In this document: one piece after another, positions 24,540-32,114 of the stretch
Layout of the letters: each line of letters opens with the position of its first letter
Position numbering within the stretch: position 1 is the stretch's first letter
Virus record (IMG/VR): IMGVR_UViG_3300029558_000072
Location: 1-36,411 of that record
From: a virus
Reading direction: 5' to 3' (one strand)
Length of the DNA: 36,411 bases
Notes under the pieces: model-generated
Seen by the model: only the letters and a program-made list of their open reading frames with translations
Database searches by the model: none
Told to the model about the DNA's origin: nothing
Made by a program: the position numbers and the translations under genes

Positions 24540-24563
24540 GAGTTGTAATAGAGTTGTAATAGG
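24540..24563 (+). repeat. 24-bp direct repeat GAGTTGTAATAGAGTTGTAATAGG, right copy
   Basis: Identical to 24355..24378. Abuts the integrase stop codon. Confidence 0.9.
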
Positions 24564-24569
24564 GCTCAT

Positions 24570-25724
24570 TCAAATTTTATCGGTAATTTGGCGCAGATCG
24601 TCCAGATCGACGTCCTGATAGTAGCGCAGCTGCTCCTCGCTGGCGTGGCCAATCAGGGACAGCTTGTCCTTGTCGGATCCAACGACACGCTTCATCAGCG
24701 TGGCAAAGGTGTGGCGGCAGCTGTGGGGCGTGTAGGTGTGTTTCTGGTGGCCGTTTACGTCAAAAGTGGGGTTCGGCAACTCCAGCGCGTCCAGCAGATC
24801 GTAAAACATTTGGCGGTAGGCTTTGAGATCCAGCGCTTTGCCGTCGGCGGCACAGAACACCTGCCCGGTGGCCCTCTCCCCTATCCGCTGATCGATGATG
24901 CTCTGGATCTTGGGCGATATGGTGACGGTGCGGCCTTTGCCTGCGTCCGTTTTCGCGCCGCCGGTAAAGCAGCGCTGCGCGCGGTCATAATCGGACACGT
25001 CCAGTGCCAGAAACTCAGAGGGGCGGAAGCCGAGGTAGCACTGCGCCAGCACATAGTCCGCGCCAGAGACGCTGCCGACGGCTTTCCGGATGGTTTCCAA
25101 ATAGTCCATAGGCAGGCCGACGCCTCCGGCTCCCTCGTCACCGGTAACGGTAAGGTATTCTGACAGGTTCAGCTTCTCCGGGAAATAGCCACGAGGGATG
25201 CCGTACTTATAGATCAGGCCCGCCGTGGTTTTCATATTTCGCCGGGTGGCCTTCCCCCGGGGGCACTCGTCGAGGCAGTCTTGCAGATCGTCCACGTCGA
25301 TATCGCCGCAACGCTCAAAGTAAAGGGGCGCGAAGTATTTCATGGCGGCTTTGTAGTTGCCCAGCGTGTCCGGCCCGGCCCGGTGGGTGGGGAGCCAGAG
25401 ATCATACAGCTCTTTCCACGTTGTCCGCTGCTTTTTATCAATTTTTGCTGCGGACCGCTTACTGGGATCCAGCAGCGGCAGCGCCTCCACCGCGTCCTTT
25501 TTTTTGGCAAAGGTCCGGGACACCGTGCGCCGCCGACTTTTTCCGGTCTCGTCCAGATACATCTGGACGCGGATTGCCTTATATTTCCCGTTTGGCAGGC
25601 GGTAGACACTCCCCTGCCCGTTGCCCCTGCTCTTGGTGTTTCTGGCGGCTGAGGCCTGCTTCGCCCCGCAGCGGAGACAGTACGGTCCGTCCGGGACTTC
25701 CTGCTTGCACTTTTTGCAGATCAT
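24570..25724 (-). CDS. int: tyrosine integrase with N-terminal zinc ribbon
   Basis: CKKC...CLRCG N-terminus. HSCRHTFAT and ...LIGHAS...LRYYQD catalytic-region motifs. Adjacent to the attP-like region. Confidence 0.9.
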   Translation of the reverse strand: MICKKCKQEVPDGPYCLRCGAKQASAARNTKSRGNGQGSVYRLPNGKYKAIRVQMYLDETGKSRRRTVSRTFAKKKDAVEALPLLDPSKRSAAKIDKKQRTTWKELYDLWLPTHRAGPDTLGNYKAAMKYFAPLYFERCGDIDVDDLQDCLDECPRGKATRRNMKTTAGLIYKYGIPRGYFPEKLNLSEYLTVTGDEGAGGVGLPMDYLETIRKAVGSVSGADYVLAQCYLGFRPSEFLALDVSDYDRAQRCFTGGAKTDAGKGRTVTISPKIQSIIDQRIGERATGQVFCAADGKALDLKAYRQMFYDLLDALELPNPTFDVNGHQKHTYTPHSCRHTFATLMKRVVGSDKDKLSLIGHASEEQLRYYQDVDLDDLRQITDKI

Positions 25725-25730
25725 CGGCAG

Positions 25731-26144
25731 CTATCCCCGCCAGAAGCCGACCTGGACGCAGCTGAAATCCAGATACAGGCCGTACAGGATGGCCAGGAAC
25801 AGGAGCACGATCAGGGCGGCAATGATGCGGTTCCGGGTCTTGACGCCCTGCTTTATCATCGTAATAATCTCACGTTTGTTGGATAGACGCTTCTCAAGGC
25901 CGACTTTCTCAGCCTGCAAGGTTTCTTCCGTGGCCGTATAGTGATTTCCTATGCCAAAAAACTCATCTATGGAAATCCCCAGGACAGCGCAGATCGGCCC
26001 TGCGGTATTGATGGACGGCGCTTTTGACGCATTTGCAAAAAAGTTATTGACTGTTGACAGCGGCACGCCCGATTGGTCCGCGATGTCTTGCGCCGTCATG
26101 TGCAATGCGGCTTTTTTATCCCTGCATAGATCTTGTATCGTCAA
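25731..26144 (-). CDS. membrane-anchored XRE-family HTH protein
   Basis: TTG start 8 nt after AGGAGGG. HTH MTAQDIADQSGVPLSTVNNFF and C-terminal TM IIAALIVLLFLAILYGLYL. The stop is 6 nt before the int start. Confidence 0.65.
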   Translation of the reverse strand: MTIQDLCRDKKAALHMTAQDIADQSGVPLSTVNNFFANASKAPSINTAGPICAVLGISIDEFFGIGNHYTATEETLQAEKVGLEKRLSNKREIITMIKQGVKTRNRIIAALIVLLFLAILYGLYLDFSCVQVGFWRG

Positions 26145-26169
26145 AAAATCGCCCTCCTGTGTTAAATTT

Positions 26170-26235
26170 CCCAATATGGGCAGGTAAAGTCTCAAATCCG
26201 GTCCGGCAGTATACTGCACATTTCCCCAATTTGGG
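26170..26235. promoter_or_regulatory. two inverted-repeat boxes CCCAAT(A/T)TGGG (26170..26180, 26225..26235)
   Basis: Shared context ATTTCCC(C)AAT(A/T)TGGGCA, 55 bp apart, in the gap upstream of the XRE-TM/int operon. Confidence 0.4.
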
Positions 26236-26313
26236 CATTGCGCTGCCAAACCCATTTCTGTTACGGTTTTCTTGCGGACAGGCAGACGCCCCCTCTGCCG
26301 GAAACGCAAAGTA

Positions 26314-26344
26314 CCCCCGCCGCTTGTTGCAGAGGCGACGGGGG
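26314..26344 (-). terminator. - strand terminator after the DUF4236 gene
   Basis: 10-bp stem cccccgtcgc / gcggcggggg (one G-U pair, - strand reading) followed by TACTTTGCGTTT. Confidence 0.55.
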
Positions 26345-26351
26345 CACTTAC

Positions 26352-26762
26352 TTATTTATCTTCTTCCGACGTCTCAGCAACAGGACGTTCCGGATTTTTG
26401 AGTTTTCTGCGGATGCACACGCCCCATCCGATTAGGGCGGCACCCACAAGGCACGTTACAAGCGCAGTTGCCGGGTCTTTGGTCCCATAGGCCGCGCCGC
26501 TTATGAGAAACAGCACGCCCCAGACGATCTTTGCCCGAAACCGGGGGCGGCGCTGGGGAGCGCTGTTTTTTACGCCGCTGCCGATTTTGTGCTCCGTCAC
26601 ATGGGATAGGCCACCGGGCAGCGTGACGGTCTCCCGGACGGTGCCCTTGGCGGTTTTGGTGACGCGGTAGTGTTTGCTTCCAACGCTGTACCCTATGCCG
26701 GATTTACTAAAGTTCAGGCGAAACGGGCCTGCCTTCGCGCTTTTACGGTATCTCCAGCCCAT
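26352..26762 (-). CDS. DUF4236-like membrane protein
   Basis: The N-terminus MGWRYRKSAKAGPFRLNFSKSGIGYSVG matches the DUF4236 signature. Two C-terminal hydrophobic segments. Confidence 0.7.
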   Translation of the reverse strand: MGWRYRKSAKAGPFRLNFSKSGIGYSVGSKHYRVTKTAKGTVRETVTLPGGLSHVTEHKIGSGVKNSAPQRRPRFRAKIVWGVLFLISGAAYGTKDPATALVTCLVGAALIGWGVCIRRKLKNPERPVAETSEEDK

Positions 26763-26765
26763 AGA

Positions 26766-27194
26766 TCAGTGGACGCACTTGTCGCAGGGCGTCAGGCCCA
26801 TGCCGGTGGCGGTGCTGTAAGGCACTTCCCAGTAGGTGCCGCCGTTGCAGTGGGGATCGTTGTGGTATTTGCTGCCGGTGCGGGTGATGTAGGTAGGCTT
26901 GGAGGCTTCCGGGTGCGTCAGCACCACGGTAGCGGTGGAGCCGTCCCACGCCACTTGAAGGCCCAGAGACTCCGCCAGAGCGCGGGCAGGGATGTAGTTT
27001 GTCCCGGCAAACATGAAGGGCTCCACGGTGTTGCCCTTGGCGTCCCGCAAATCCAGAACCTGACCGTCCAGAGATACCTTGATATCACGGTATTCGATCT
27101 CCTGCTGCACTTTGCCGCTGGTAGCGCCTGCCGTGCCAACCAGGCACATGAGCAGCAGCGTGGCCAGAACTCCGGCTAAGAATCCTCTTTTCAT
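26766..27194 (-). CDS. secreted protein: copper-amine-oxidase-N-like stalk domain plus C-terminal Cys/His motif
   Basis: ATG 27194. Signal peptide MKRGFLAGVLATLLLMCLVGTAGA. IKVSLDG...YIPARALAESLGLQVAWD stalk pattern. GSKYHNDPHC...CDKC at the C-terminus. Confidence 0.65.
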   Translation of the reverse strand: MKRGFLAGVLATLLLMCLVGTAGATSGKVQQEIEYRDIKVSLDGQVLDLRDAKGNTVEPFMFAGTNYIPARALAESLGLQVAWDGSTATVVLTHPEASKPTYITRTGSKYHNDPHCNGGTYWEVPYSTATGMGLTPCDKCVH

Positions 27195-27266
27195 GTCGTC
27201 CACATCCAATCTGTTAAAATTAGGCCCGAGGCTTGGGCCTTGAATATATGTTTGGGAGGCATCACC

Positions 27267-27434
27267 ATGAGCAACCAGATCACCTGCACTGTGTCCGATT
27301 CGGACCGCGACTACATGACCCTGGCGCTCTATCGCCAGTTGACGCCGGAGGAGCGTGAGCAAGTCAACGCTTACCTCGCGCAGCTATTAGCATCTCGATA
27401 TACTCCCGTGCCTTCTCCCGCTCCTCGCGGGTAA
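27267..27434 (+). CDS. possible 55-aa protein (uncertain)
   Basis: GGGAGG 7 nt upstream. Its 3' 71 nt overlap the convergent repressor gene. Confidence 0.35.
   Translation: MSNQITCTVSDSDRDYMTLALYRQLTPEEREQVNAYLAQLLASRYTPVPSPAPRG
27293..27305. repeat. GTCCGAWTCGGAC palindrome, copy 6 of 8 (centre T)
   Basis: Exact match between the secreted-protein gene and the repressor gene. Read as S-D-S-D if ORF 27267 is real. Confidence 0.95.
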
Positions 27435-27690
27435 GCAAGTCCCAGCACTCTGGACGCTCGTCCCCTTCGGGGGACGGGCGTTCCTTTTTGCCTAAGAGTT
27501 CCTCTTTTGTTATTTTGAAATAATCAGCCAATTTTTGCAAAATGGCATCAGTTGGGGCGTGGCCGTTTTTCCACCGAGTATTAGCTGATTTGCCTATTCC
27601 GAGTTCAAGCAAAACAGCAGACGGTGTTTTCCCAACGGAATTACATGCCCTTATGAAATTATCATAAAACACAAAAACACCGCCCTGCAC
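27364..27690 (-). CDS. CI-like XRE-family repressor
   Basis: HTH SPSAVLLELGIGKSANTRWKNG. Divergent from the Cro-like gene. GTG starts at 27690 or 27672 without a clear SD, so it is possibly leaderless. Confidence 0.8.
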   Translation of the reverse strand: MQGGVFVFYDNFIRACNSVGKTPSAVLLELGIGKSANTRWKNGHAPTDAILQKLADYFKITKEELLGKKERPSPEGDERPECWDLLTREEREKAREYIEMLIAARGKR

Positions 27691-27700
27691 TTTGTGTAAA

Positions 27701-27761
27701 GTACCGAAAGTAACAAAATAGTCCCGAAAGTGTTGACAGTACCGAAAGTACCGAGTATACT
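27701..27761. promoter_or_regulatory. immunity switch: operators GTACCGAAAGTA (27701, 27739), variant GTCCCGAAAGTG (27721), and rightward promoter TTGACA (27733)-N17-TATACT (27756)
   Basis: Read directly. One operator fills the promoter spacer. Confidence 0.7.
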
Positions 27762-27837
27762 ATAGCCATAGAGGACATAGCCCCGAGGACAATATACCAC
27801 ACCGGGGCAACGCCGTCAAGGCGGGAAAGGAGCAATC

Positions 27838-28041
27838 ATGATCGTTAACAGAGTCAAGGAGCTGCGGACGGCTGCCGGGATGACCCAGAAGGCGCTGGCG
27901 GATCAGCTGGGCGTCACCGTCCCCACGGTGAGCAAGTGGGAGCTGGGCCAGCGGACCCCGGAGCTGGAGAGAGTTTTCCGCATGACGCTGATCTTTGGCG
28001 TCCCCATTGAGGAGATCGTCCAGCGGACGGAAAGCGCGTGA
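27838..28041 (+). CDS. Cro-like XRE-family HTH protein
   Basis: 67 aa. MTQKALADQLGVTVPTVSKWELG. AAAGGAG RBS. Confidence 0.85.
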   Translation: MIVNRVKELRTAAGMTQKALADQLGVTVPTVSKWELGQRTPELERVFRMTLIFGVPIEEIVQRTESA

Positions 28042-28057
28042 GAAGGGAGCGAGAACC

Positions 28058-28258
28058 ATGACATTACAGGACATTGAGCAGATCCCCAAGGAGTTCCTGA
28101 CGGCGGCGCAGGTGGCGCCGATTTTAGGCTCCGACCCGCAGACCATCCGGATGCAGGCGCGGCTTCGGCCGGATCTCCTTCCCTTCCCTGCCGTCTGCCT
28201 GGGCAGTCGGGTCAAGATTCCCAAGGAGGCGTTCCTCCGGGTCATGCGGGGCCTATAA
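28058..28258 (+). CDS. excisionase-like small HTH DNA-binding protein
   Basis: ATG 28058. LTAAQVAPILGSDPQTIR...RVKIPKEAFLRVM pattern. Confidence 0.55.
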   Translation: MTLQDIEQIPKEFLTAAQVAPILGSDPQTIRMQARLRPDLLPFPAVCLGSRVKIPKEAFLRVMRGL

Positions 28259-28288
28259 TCACGTTACCATGGAAAGGAGGAAAAGACA

Positions 28289-28870
28289 ATGGAGCGAAAA
28301 TACCCAAATCTCTATCAAAGGGCAAGGCTGAGCACCGGATTGACGCAGGAACGTGCAGCGGAGCTGCTTGGGTTGTCCCCGGAAAGTCTGAAACAGTACG
28401 AGGGCGGCAAGACGGTGCCCAAGGACGAGACGGTGGCCAAGATGGTGGAGGTGTACAGCTGCCCATGGCTGGCATTGGAGCACGCGCAGGCCACGGACAC
28501 GCTGGGCGTAATGCCGGAGGTGACGCCAAGGCCTCTGCCCATGGCAAGCATCGCCCTGCGGAACCGTCTGCAAGACGCGACGGGCCGGTTGGACGCCCTG
28601 CTCCGGATCGCCGAGGACGGCGTGATCGACGAGGCTGAGCGGCCGGAGTTCGATTCCATCGTGGTGGAGCTGCGGGAGACTATGGCGGCCATCTATCAAG
28701 TGATCTACTCAGGCGCAAAAAAAGAACGCCCCGAGGCGGCAACCTCAGAGCGTTCAGGGGAAAAAGTGTGTGGTTTAGGGAAAACCACTGTTGGATGTAT
28801 CAATTATAGCACAAGGTCCACCACACACGCAAGCCCTAATTTTCGCCGGGAAGGGGGCGTATCCCTGTGA
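28289..28870 (+). CDS. XRE-family HTH regulator (3' extent uncertain)
   Basis: GAAAGGAGG RBS. HTH LTQERAAELLGLSPESLKQYEGG. The last ~45 aa are low-confidence. Confidence 0.65.
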   Translation: MERKYPNLYQRARLSTGLTQERAAELLGLSPESLKQYEGGKTVPKDETVAKMVEVYSCPWLALEHAQATDTLGVMPEVTPRPLPMASIALRNRLQDATGRLDALLRIAEDGVIDEAERPEFDSIVVELRETMAAIYQVIYSGAKKERPEAATSERSGEKVCGLGKTTVGCINYSTRSTTHASPNFRREGGVSL

Positions 28871-28965
28871 CCGGTTGGGCAATGTTTTTCATGGTCGTCG
28901 GCGTGGCTACCGTGGCGGCAATCCCGCTGCGGATCGTGGATCGGATGGAAAGATAGGGGGGCAAT

Positions 28966-29802
28966 ATGGCCTATGATTTGACGATGGGCGGCTTGTATGC
29001 CGTCATTCCCGCCGGGGTCTTGTATGACGACAGACTCCGGCCTGCCGCAAAGCTGCTGTATGGAGAGATCGTGCGGCTGGCGCAGAGCAGCGGATACTGC
29101 TACGCCACTAACAAGCAGCTGATGGGCGTCTGCAATTTGACGGACAAGTCCGTCTCGGAGTTGGTAAGCCAGCTCCGGGACTGCGGACACATCCGGGTGG
29201 AGATGATCCGGCGTTTCGGTGCCTCCGGAGATGTGGTTCAGAGGCGGATTTTTCTGGGGCAAATTCTGGCAAAAAATGGACCCCAAATCCATGGCGAGGA
29301 GGTCCAGGGAGGTATCCCGAAAAATCCGGATACCTCCCCCGAAAAATCGGGAGAGGGTATCCCGAAAAATCCGGAGGAATATAAAGGTATTAAGAATACA
29401 AGTATATATCCCCCTATAATCCCCCCAAAGGGGATGCGTGTGAAAACACGAAAAAGCAAGTCAACACCGGCATGGATGCCGGATGCTTTTGAGGCCTTCT
29501 GGAACCTGTACCGGACCCGTGGCCGGGCCGAGGACCGGGTGGGCGCTGTCCGGGAGTGGGACAGGCTCAAGCCGGATGAGGCCCTCATCCAGACCATGAC
29601 CCAGGCGTTGGAGACCCAGAGCAAGAGCGAGACCTGGCGGCGGGGCATCGGCATCCCTTACGCCTGCCGGTGGCTCAAAAACGAGCGATGGAAGGACACC
29701 ACTCCGGAGCGGTCCGAATCGGACCAGGAGGCGGAGCCGCCCCGGCGGCGCTACGTGGGCAAGCGGATCATCGACGGCCAGGAGGTGGACGTGTATGAGT
29801 AA
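28966..29802 (+). CDS. replication initiator / replisome organiser (winged-helix N-terminus)
   Basis: YCYATNKQLMGVCNLTDKSVSELVSQL N-terminal HTH. Iterons lie inside the gene and dnaB is immediately downstream. Confidence 0.7.
   Translation: MAYDLTMGGLYAVIPAGVLYDDRLRPAAKLLYGEIVRLAQSSGYCYATNKQLMGVCNLTDKSVSELVSQLRDCGHIRVEMIRRFGASGDVVQRRIFLGQILAKNGPQIHGEEVQGGIPKNPDTSPEKSGEGIPKNPEEYKGIKNTSIYPPIIPPKGMRVKTRKSKSTPAWMPDAFEAFWNLYRTRGRAEDRVGAVREWDRLKPDEALIQTMTQALETQSKSETWRRGIGIPYACRWLKNERWKDTTPERSESDQEAEPPRRRYVGKRIIDGQEVDVYE
29308..29422. repeat. candidate origin: 20-bp iterons GGTATCCCGAAAAATCCGGA (29311, 29356), partial copy (29336), inverted repeat GGAGGTATCC/GGATACCTCC, then an AT-rich tract 29376..29422
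   Basis: Read directly, inside the initiator gene in a lambda O/ori-like arrangement. Confidence 0.6.
29712..29724. repeat. GTCCGAWTCGGAC palindrome, copy 7 of 8 (centre A)
   Basis: Exact match near the 3' end of the initiator gene, read as S-E-S-D. Confidence 0.95.
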
Positions 29803-31093
29803 TTTTGCCAGCGTGGAGGCGGAGCAGGCGGTCCTTGGCTCCATGCTGATTGACAGCGGATGCGTCCGCCGGGTGGCGGCTATCCTGCGGGAGTCGGATT
29901 TCTCCGTGGCCCTCAACCAGGACATGTACCGGGTGATCGTGACCATGGACCGGGACGGTCAGCCCATCGACGGCCTGACAGTCTGTGCGGAGGCGCTGCG
30001 GCAGAGCCTGGCGGAGGAGAAGACGCTGCGGAAGTATCTGGCTCAGCTGATGGAGATTACGCCCACGGCGGCCAATGTGGAGATGTACGCCGACATCGTG
30101 GCCCGGACGGCCCGGCGGCGCGAGCTTAAAACGGCCCTGGAGGACGGCCTGGCGGCCCTGGCGGACCAGGCCCCAGAGGACGAGGTGCTTACTCAACTGG
30201 ACGCGGCTATGACGGCTAGCAGCCAGCGATTGGAGAGTGAGCTGCTTGCTCCCAAGGAGCAGGTGGACGGATTTTTGAACTACCGTGCTCAGATCGACGA
30301 GGGCAATTTCCCATACGTCCGGACAGGCATCAAGGCACTGGACAAGCTGCTGGGCGGCGGCATGGTGCAGGATGGATTGTACATCCTGGCGGGCCGCCCC
30401 GGCATGGGCAAGAGCGCCCTGGGAGTCAGCATTGCGGAGCATGTAGCCCAGACGGTGGGCAAGGTGGATTATTTCTCCCTGGAGATGTCCAGGGAGCAGA
30501 TCATGGCAAGGCGGCTGTCCAGCCTGAGCAAGGTGGACAGCAGGCTGATCCTGATGGACACCCTGACGGCAGATGAGTACAAGCGGATGATCGAGGCCAC
30601 CCGCAAGGCGGCAGCCACGCCGTTTTACTGCACCGACGGCTGCGCCAAGAGCGTCCAGCGGATCACGTCCATTGCTCGGGCGGGCCGGGACGTCAAGCTG
30701 GTGGTGGTTGACCATTTCGGCCTGATCCTCCGCCCCGGCAAGCGGCAGGATGCGGACGAGTCAAGAGAGATCGCCCACGCCCTCAAGCGGCTGGCCCAGT
30801 CCCTCAACCAGCCGGTGCTGTGCCTGGCACAGCTCAACCGGCAGAATGAGCAGAGAACGGACAAGCGGCCCACACTGGCGGACCTGCGGGCCACGGGCGC
30901 CATGGAGGAGGACGCCGACGGCGTGATCTTTGTCCACCGACCGGACTATTACCAGGCGGACTACAAGCGGGAGCGAGGCGCACCGGAGCGGACGGAGATC
31001 ATCCTGGCCAAAAACCGCCACGGCCCCACCGGACGCCTGGATTTATCTTTCTGGCCGGAGACCAACACCTTCAACCCGGCCTATGTGGAGTGA
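29795..31093 (+). CDS. dnaB: replicative DNA helicase DnaB
   Basis: N-terminal EAEQAVLGSMLID, Walker A GRPGMGKSA, 432 aa. Confidence 0.95.
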   Translation: MSNFASVEAEQAVLGSMLIDSGCVRRVAAILRESDFSVALNQDMYRVIVTMDRDGQPIDGLTVCAEALRQSLAEEKTLRKYLAQLMEITPTAANVEMYADIVARTARRRELKTALEDGLAALADQAPEDEVLTQLDAAMTASSQRLESELLAPKEQVDGFLNYRAQIDEGNFPYVRTGIKALDKLLGGGMVQDGLYILAGRPGMGKSALGVSIAEHVAQTVGKVDYFSLEMSREQIMARRLSSLSKVDSRLILMDTLTADEYKRMIEATRKAAATPFYCTDGCAKSVQRITSIARAGRDVKLVVVDHFGLILRPGKRQDADESREIAHALKRLAQSLNQPVLCLAQLNRQNEQRTDKRPTLADLRATGAMEEDADGVIFVHRPDYYQADYKRERGAPERTEIILAKNRHGPTGRLDLSFWPETNTFNPAYVE

Positions 31094-31096
31094 AAC

Positions 31097-31312
31097 ATGA
31101 AAATCGGAGATATTTTGAGCATCGAGCCGACATTGGAGGCAACCAGCGGACTGGGCACCATCGGGCCGATCCCGGCGCGGGTGATCTACATCCACCCGGC
31201 GGGGCGGTACTACACGGTTGAGTTCCGCAGTCCCATTACCGGCTACAACTGGCGGGAGGCCTTCTGGCCTGAGCTGGCGCCGCTTTTCAAGGCCGCAGGC
31301 GCTGCGGTCTGA
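31097..31312 (+). CDS. hypothetical protein
   Basis: 71-aa ORF starting 4 nt after the dnaB stop. Confidence 0.6.
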   Translation: MKIGDILSIEPTLEATSGLGTIGPIPARVIYIHPAGRYYTVEFRSPITGYNWREAFWPELAPLFKAAGAAV

Positions 31313-31338
31313 CGCAAACACAAGGGGGAAAGGTGAAC

Positions 31339-32112
31339 ATGAAAACAATCGCGGTATTGAATTTCAAGGGCGGGGTCGGCAAGACCGTCACCACCGCCAC
31401 GCTGGCGTATTTGCTGGCGAAGCAGGGCAAGCGGATTCTGCTGATCGACGGGGACAGTCAGGGCAACCTGAGTATGTCCTTCGGGATTGACGCGGAGGAA
31501 GGCGCGGACACGCTGGCCCTTTTGACCGAGGGCGCCGGGTACTATCCGGAGTTTGTGACGCCCACCATTTTTGACGGGATCGACCTGATCCCCTCCGACA
31601 TCAACCTGCTGGTGGCAGACCGGCACATGGCCCAGAGCGGCGTAGGCCGGATGCAGCGGGCCATCGCGGATCTGCGGGACGCCATCGAGGAGGACGCGGA
31701 TCAGGACAACGCCTACGATCTCATCCTGATCGACTGCCCACCGGCACTGTCGGCAGCCTGCACGGCGGCGCTGGCCGCTGCGGATGAGGTGATTATCCCC
31801 ATCCGGCTGGACTACTACTCCACCGGCGGCATGGCCAATCTGGCGGAGCAGCTCCAGCACATGCGGGCCATCAACCCCCGGCTGTCGGTGCTGGGCGTGT
31901 TGGTGACGCAATTCACCCACATGGCAGATGAGAAGGAGGCCCTCGCGGCCATCCGGGGCGGAGCGCTGCCGGTGTTTGAGACGGTGATCCGGTTCTCCAA
32001 GGCCGTCCCCAGCGCGACCTTCCAGAAGGTACCGCTGCCGGTGGCCCGTCCCTACTGCGCGGCCAGCAAGGACTACGCCGAGCTGGTGAAGGAAATCTCC
32101 GGGAGGTGTTGA
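31339..32112 (+). CDS. parA: ParA/Soj-family ATPase
   Basis: Deviant Walker A NFKGGVGKT. ATG 31339 is 6 nt after GGGGGAAAGG; the track start 31333 is GTG. Confidence 0.9.
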   Translation: MKTIAVLNFKGGVGKTVTTATLAYLLAKQGKRILLIDGDSQGNLSMSFGIDAEEGADTLALLTEGAGYYPEFVTPTIFDGIDLIPSDINLLVADRHMAQSGVGRMQRAIADLRDAIEEDADQDNAYDLILIDCPPALSAACTAALAAADEVIIPIRLDYYSTGGMANLAEQLQHMRAINPRLSVLGVLVTQFTHMADEKEALAAIRGGALPVFETVIRFSKAVPSATFQKVPLPVARPYCAASKDYAELVKEISGRC

Positions 32113-32114
32113 GG

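Noticed and set aside
24455-24540. A complete tRNA gene on the - strand.
   Set aside because: Only the T-arm, the 3' acceptor strand and CCA are recognisable. No complementary 5' acceptor strand (CCGAGTG) or D-arm is present in the upstream sequence, so this is a fragment.
24984-24996. Degenerate relatives of the palindrome: GTCATAATCGGAC (24984), GTCCGATGTGGAG (9434), GTCCGCGGAC (10576) and GTCCGCACGGAC (15033).
   Set aside because: They have two or more mismatches or altered spacing. Short GTCCG/CGGAC arms are expected by chance in GC-rich DNA, so they are not counted among the eight exact copies.
25731-26309. The full 192-aa version of the XRE-TM ORF.
   Set aside because: The upstream 55 codons lack an RBS and protein character and overlap likely promoter and operator DNA. 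The TTG at 26144 has AGGAGGG 8 nt upstream and starts the HTH domain.
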